A stretch of DNA of 10,472 nt from Candidatus Hermodarchaeota archaeon (GTDB lineage: Archaea > Asgardarchaeota > Lokiarchaeia > Sigyniarchaeales > SOKP01): the NCBI GenBank assembly GCA_048885925.1, contig JBHLLG010000099.1, forward strand, positions 1-10,472, read 5' to 3'. Positions 8,135-10,472 of the stretch are shown in pieces (within the stretch, counting starts at the first letter, position 1; each line of letters starts with the position of its first letter). Below the pieces are notes generated by a model. It was not told where the DNA came from. It saw only the letters and a program-made list of their open reading frames with translations, and made no database searches. A program made the translations under genes and the position numbers.

Positions 8135-8368
8135 TTGAAGACATACGTAAGAAATACCAAGAATAATTTAGATTTAATTATTATCTTTTTTTCTCTATTA
8201 TTTTCAATATTAGCGATAATAATGTTAGCGATTTTAATAAAAATGTATAATATGAATCCAACCACTCTAAATTCTATAGTTCCTTTTCTTGTATTATGCT
8301 TCATTCTATTACTTATTTCTTTCTTTTTAAGATATTTTGTTTATAAGCGAAAAAAAGCATCTTATTAG
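8135..8368 (+). CDS. Small 2-TM membrane protein, hypothetical
   Basis: The TTG start lies 3 nt after the previous stop. Two hydrophobic helices are flanked by basic termini (KRKK), consistent with the positive-inside rule. Confidence 0.65.
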   Translation: MKTYVRNTKNNLDLIIIFFSLLFSILAIIMLAILIKMYNMNPTTLNSIVPFLVLCFILLLISFFLRYFVYKRKKASY

Positions 8369-8472
8369 GAATTTGGGAATAAAACTGTTATACATAAAGG
8401 AACTTAAGTTAATTTTAAAATTTAAGTAAAGAAATTAAAAGATTTTATTAATTTATAAAAAATGAAGAAATT

Positions 8473-8841
8473 ATGGATAAATTTGAAAATGAGAAAAAAA
8501 AGATTTGTAAAGAGATAGAGGTTTTTATTACTAAAGCCGCTGAAGAGAATGAAATGAATATAGTAAAGAAATTGATATATTTGAAAAAAATTATCTTTAC
8601 AAATGAAACTCATTTAGAATTTATAACTGAACATTTGGAGGAAAATGTAATAAATATAAGAATAAGAAAATATTAATTTGTTTTATTTAATCCGAGTATT
8701 TATTTGCTCAATAATAACTTAATCTTAGAAATTACTGAAGAGTATTTAAAACTTCATGGATTAGATAAGAGTATTTTTGACGGAAATGATATTGATCAAA
8801 TTATAGGATTAAGATTTAAGAAGCCCAAAAAAACTAAATAA
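8473..8841 (+). pseudogene. Hypothetical ORF of about 122 codons interrupted by a single in-frame TAA (8674-8676)
   Basis: After the stop of ORF 8473..8676 the same frame continues for 54 sense codons (FVLFNPSIYLLNNNLILEITEEYLKLHGLDKSIFDGNDIDQIIGLRFKKPKKTK) to TAA at 8839-8841. Confidence 0.5.
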
Positions 8842-8915
8842 TTTGAGATGAGATAATAACCAACTTCAAATTAAAATTGAAAATGAATAAATTTCTTAAA
8901 ATAAAAGATAAAAAT

Positions 8916-9551
8916 TCAATGTTTGGTTGTTATTTCTAAAATCATTTCAGCAACTCGGTCGTTATATGTTTCCACATCTTCAAAACCTTCAACAGTTTCG
9001 CCACATGTTATAAATACTTCATTTATTGCTATTTTTCTTTTGCTGAAAAAATCAGCTATTTTTACCTTCACATCTTCAAGTTTTTTCTCTTTATTACCTT
9101 CTACTAAATCAATTTTATTTATACATACATATATTTTATCGGGGAAGAACCTAACATCATTAAAAAATTCAAATTGAGGTTTTAGGTCCCTATCAAGCGA
9201 GAAAACAGCTATAATCTGTGTGGCGATACGAGAAATTGTTATGATGCCCATTTTCACTACGGCTCTAGCCCTATCACCTCCTGGAGCGAAAATTGTATGC
9301 GCTTTGTTACTAGAATCTTCCCGAAACACAATTCGGTTAGGGTGAATTGTCTTTGTTTCCTTTTCATCAAGTGCATCTTCTTTATCGCCACCAGGAACAG
9401 TTGCTTCTCCCGAGAAATCTGCCTTAACAACTGAGCATTTTATACCTCCTTTTACTTTCTCAATATCTCCTTTTTTTAGATATCTTACGAATAATCGAAG
9501 AATACTGGTTTTTCCAACACTAACATCACCTAGTAGACCTATGTTGACCAC
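8916..9551 (-). CDS. Atypical small GTPase (Ras-like superfamily, MglA/Arf/Rag-like)
   Basis: G1 is GDVSVGKTS, the putative G2 Thr lies in ETKTI, the G3 region is FAPGG (no Asp), G4 is NKID and the G5 region is ITCG. It has a GTG start with GGTGA upstream. Confidence 0.88.
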   Translation of the reverse strand: MVNIGLLGDVSVGKTSILRLFVRYLKKGDIEKVKGGIKCSVVKADFSGEATVPGGDKEDALDEKETKTIHPNRIVFREDSSNKAHTIFAPGGDRARAVVKMGIITISRIATQIIAVFSLDRDLKPQFEFFNDVRFFPDKIYVCINKIDLVEGNKEKKLEDVKVKIADFFSKRKIAINEVFITCGETVEGFEDVETYNDRVAEMILEITTKH

Positions 9552-9554
9552 TTT

Positions 9555-10367
9555 TTACGCTTCACCTTCTAATAATTTATTTAATAATAATTCATAATCA
9601 GGTATGAGAAATTGTTCAAGCAAAGCATTATTATGAGCGTGGATTAGTGCTATTAATATTTCTTTAACATTTTTTGCGCTTTTGGAGTATTTTATTAAAT
9701 TTTCTCCGGTTGGATCTTGATTAAAATCTCTTGCATGTTCCTCGAATCCAAATTTTGTAAGCTCTGGTAATGCATTAAAAAAGCCAAAAGCTGAATAACC
9801 TTGGTATTGGAAGAATACAAAGAATCTAGTTTTAATATTCTTAATAATTTGAGATAAATATGCTGATGGGTATATCTCTCCTAGCGTAAGTTCTTCATCT
9901 TGTTGAATTATAAAGTAGGGGGAGATTGGGGAAACTTGAGATCCATACATTTCTTTTGGAGGTATTGAAATAAAAGGTAACTTTTCTGAGACGATTGTCC
10001 AGAGGTCTTCTCTTTTTTTTTCTAATAATATCTCTTTTATTTCATCATAAGCAAAATAAAAATCGGATTGAAGCGCTAATAATGAGCTTAAATAGACAGA
10101 TATTGAAGCAAAAGTAGCCTCTAAAACAGGTCGTCTTCCTCCATTAGATTCTGAAGGTTTAACGGCACCTTTCCAAGCTCTTAATCCAGAATAGGCAAAA
10201 GATTTAACATCAAAAAAAGCTCCTGAAAGAAAAAGAAAAGAAGGAGGGTCGCCTTTTTCTCCAGTTAAAAATTCTATTGATTTTTCAATTAATACACTCT
10301 CAAGTAATTCATCATGAAATTTTGAGTGGACTATGGGCATTTGTAGCCAAGATTTTTTCTTTGCCAA
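9555..10367 (-). CDS. Hypothetical protein, possibly a divergent roadblock/longin (profilin-like fold) GTPase partner
   Basis: This 270-aa ORF has a TTG start with GGGAGTG upstream, and its stop lies 3 nt before the GTPase start. The apparent helix-beta-beta-helix(VLEATFASI)-beta-beta-beta-helix order resembles roadblock/MglB with insertions. The fold call is tentative. Confidence 0.7.
   Translation of the reverse strand: MAKKKSWLQMPIVHSKFHDELLESVLIEKSIEFLTGEKGDPPSFLFLSGAFFDVKSFAYSGLRAWKGAVKPSESNGGRRPVLEATFASISVYLSSLLALQSDFYFAYDEIKEILLEKKREDLWTIVSEKLPFISIPPKEMYGSQVSPISPYFIIQQDEELTLGEIYPSAYLSQIIKNIKTRFFVFFQYQGYSAFGFFNALPELTKFGFEEHARDFNQDPTGENLIKYSKSAKNVKEILIALIHAHNNALLEQFLIPDYELLLNKLLEGEA
9562..9569 (-). 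promoter_or_regulatory. Shine-Dalgarno-like site for the GTPase, embedded in the last codons of the upstream gene
   Basis: The minus strand reads GAAGGTGAAGCGTAAAAAGTG: GGTGA about 10 nt before the GTG start, with the upstream TAA in between. Confidence 0.6.
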
Positions 10368-10472
10368 AATAATTACACTCCCTAGGGTAATAATTTTAAA
10401 ATAAATAAGAATTGCTGTATAATTAATTTTTGCTATTTTAATTAAACAATATAATATGCTAATATAATTGTT

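Noticed and set aside
8422-8613. 63-aa Phe-rich minus-strand ORF
   Set aside because: It is antisense to the Lys/Glu-rich 8473 ORF, and the Phe richness simply mirrors A-runs.
1401-8676. Genome-wide TAA reassignment, suggested by two in-frame TAAs (1401-1403 minus, 8674-8676 plus)
   Set aside because: TAA terminates well-defined genes here (giant protein, DOMON-like protein, 270-aa protein), and the 5.9-kb ORF has no internal TAA.
8923-9177. 84-aa plus-strand ORF
   Set aside because: It is antisense to the clearly conserved GTPase.
10380-10387. Palindrome CCCTAGGG upstream of the 270-aa gene
   Set aside because: It is only 8 bp, occurs once and overlaps the SD-like region, which is insufficient to call an operator.
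1-10472. CRISPR array, tRNA/rRNA, IS element or DGR template/variable repeat
   Set aside because: By eye I found no regularly spaced or long nucleotide repeats, no GC-rich structured RNA segment, and no transposase or reverse transcriptase ORF. The duplicated domains are similar only at the protein level.

Overview
AT-rich window that most likely comes from an Asgard archaeon (Lokiarchaeia-like). This is an inference from the low GC, archaeal TATA and GGTG(A) ribosome-binding motifs, GTG/TTG starts, and a divergent small GTPase coupled to a probable roadblock/longin-like gene. From left to right: (1) the 3' part of a winged-helix ScpB/KITE-like gene; (2) a minus-strand pair made of a 1978-aa secreted multidomain protein and a membrane-anchored DOMON/CBM9-like protein; (3) two divergently transcribed small membrane proteins and an ORF interrupted by one in-frame TAA; (4) a minus-strand two-gene unit encoding a roadblock-like protein and an atypical small GTPase lacking the G3 Asp. 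The 1978-aa protein has nested GATase1-like domains with a DUF11-like insert, beta-sandwiches, DxDGDG Ca-binding motifs, an internal hydrophobic helical bundle and a PLAT-like C-terminus. I found no RNA genes, CRISPR arrays or transposases. All family assignments come from motif recognition by eye, not from database searches.
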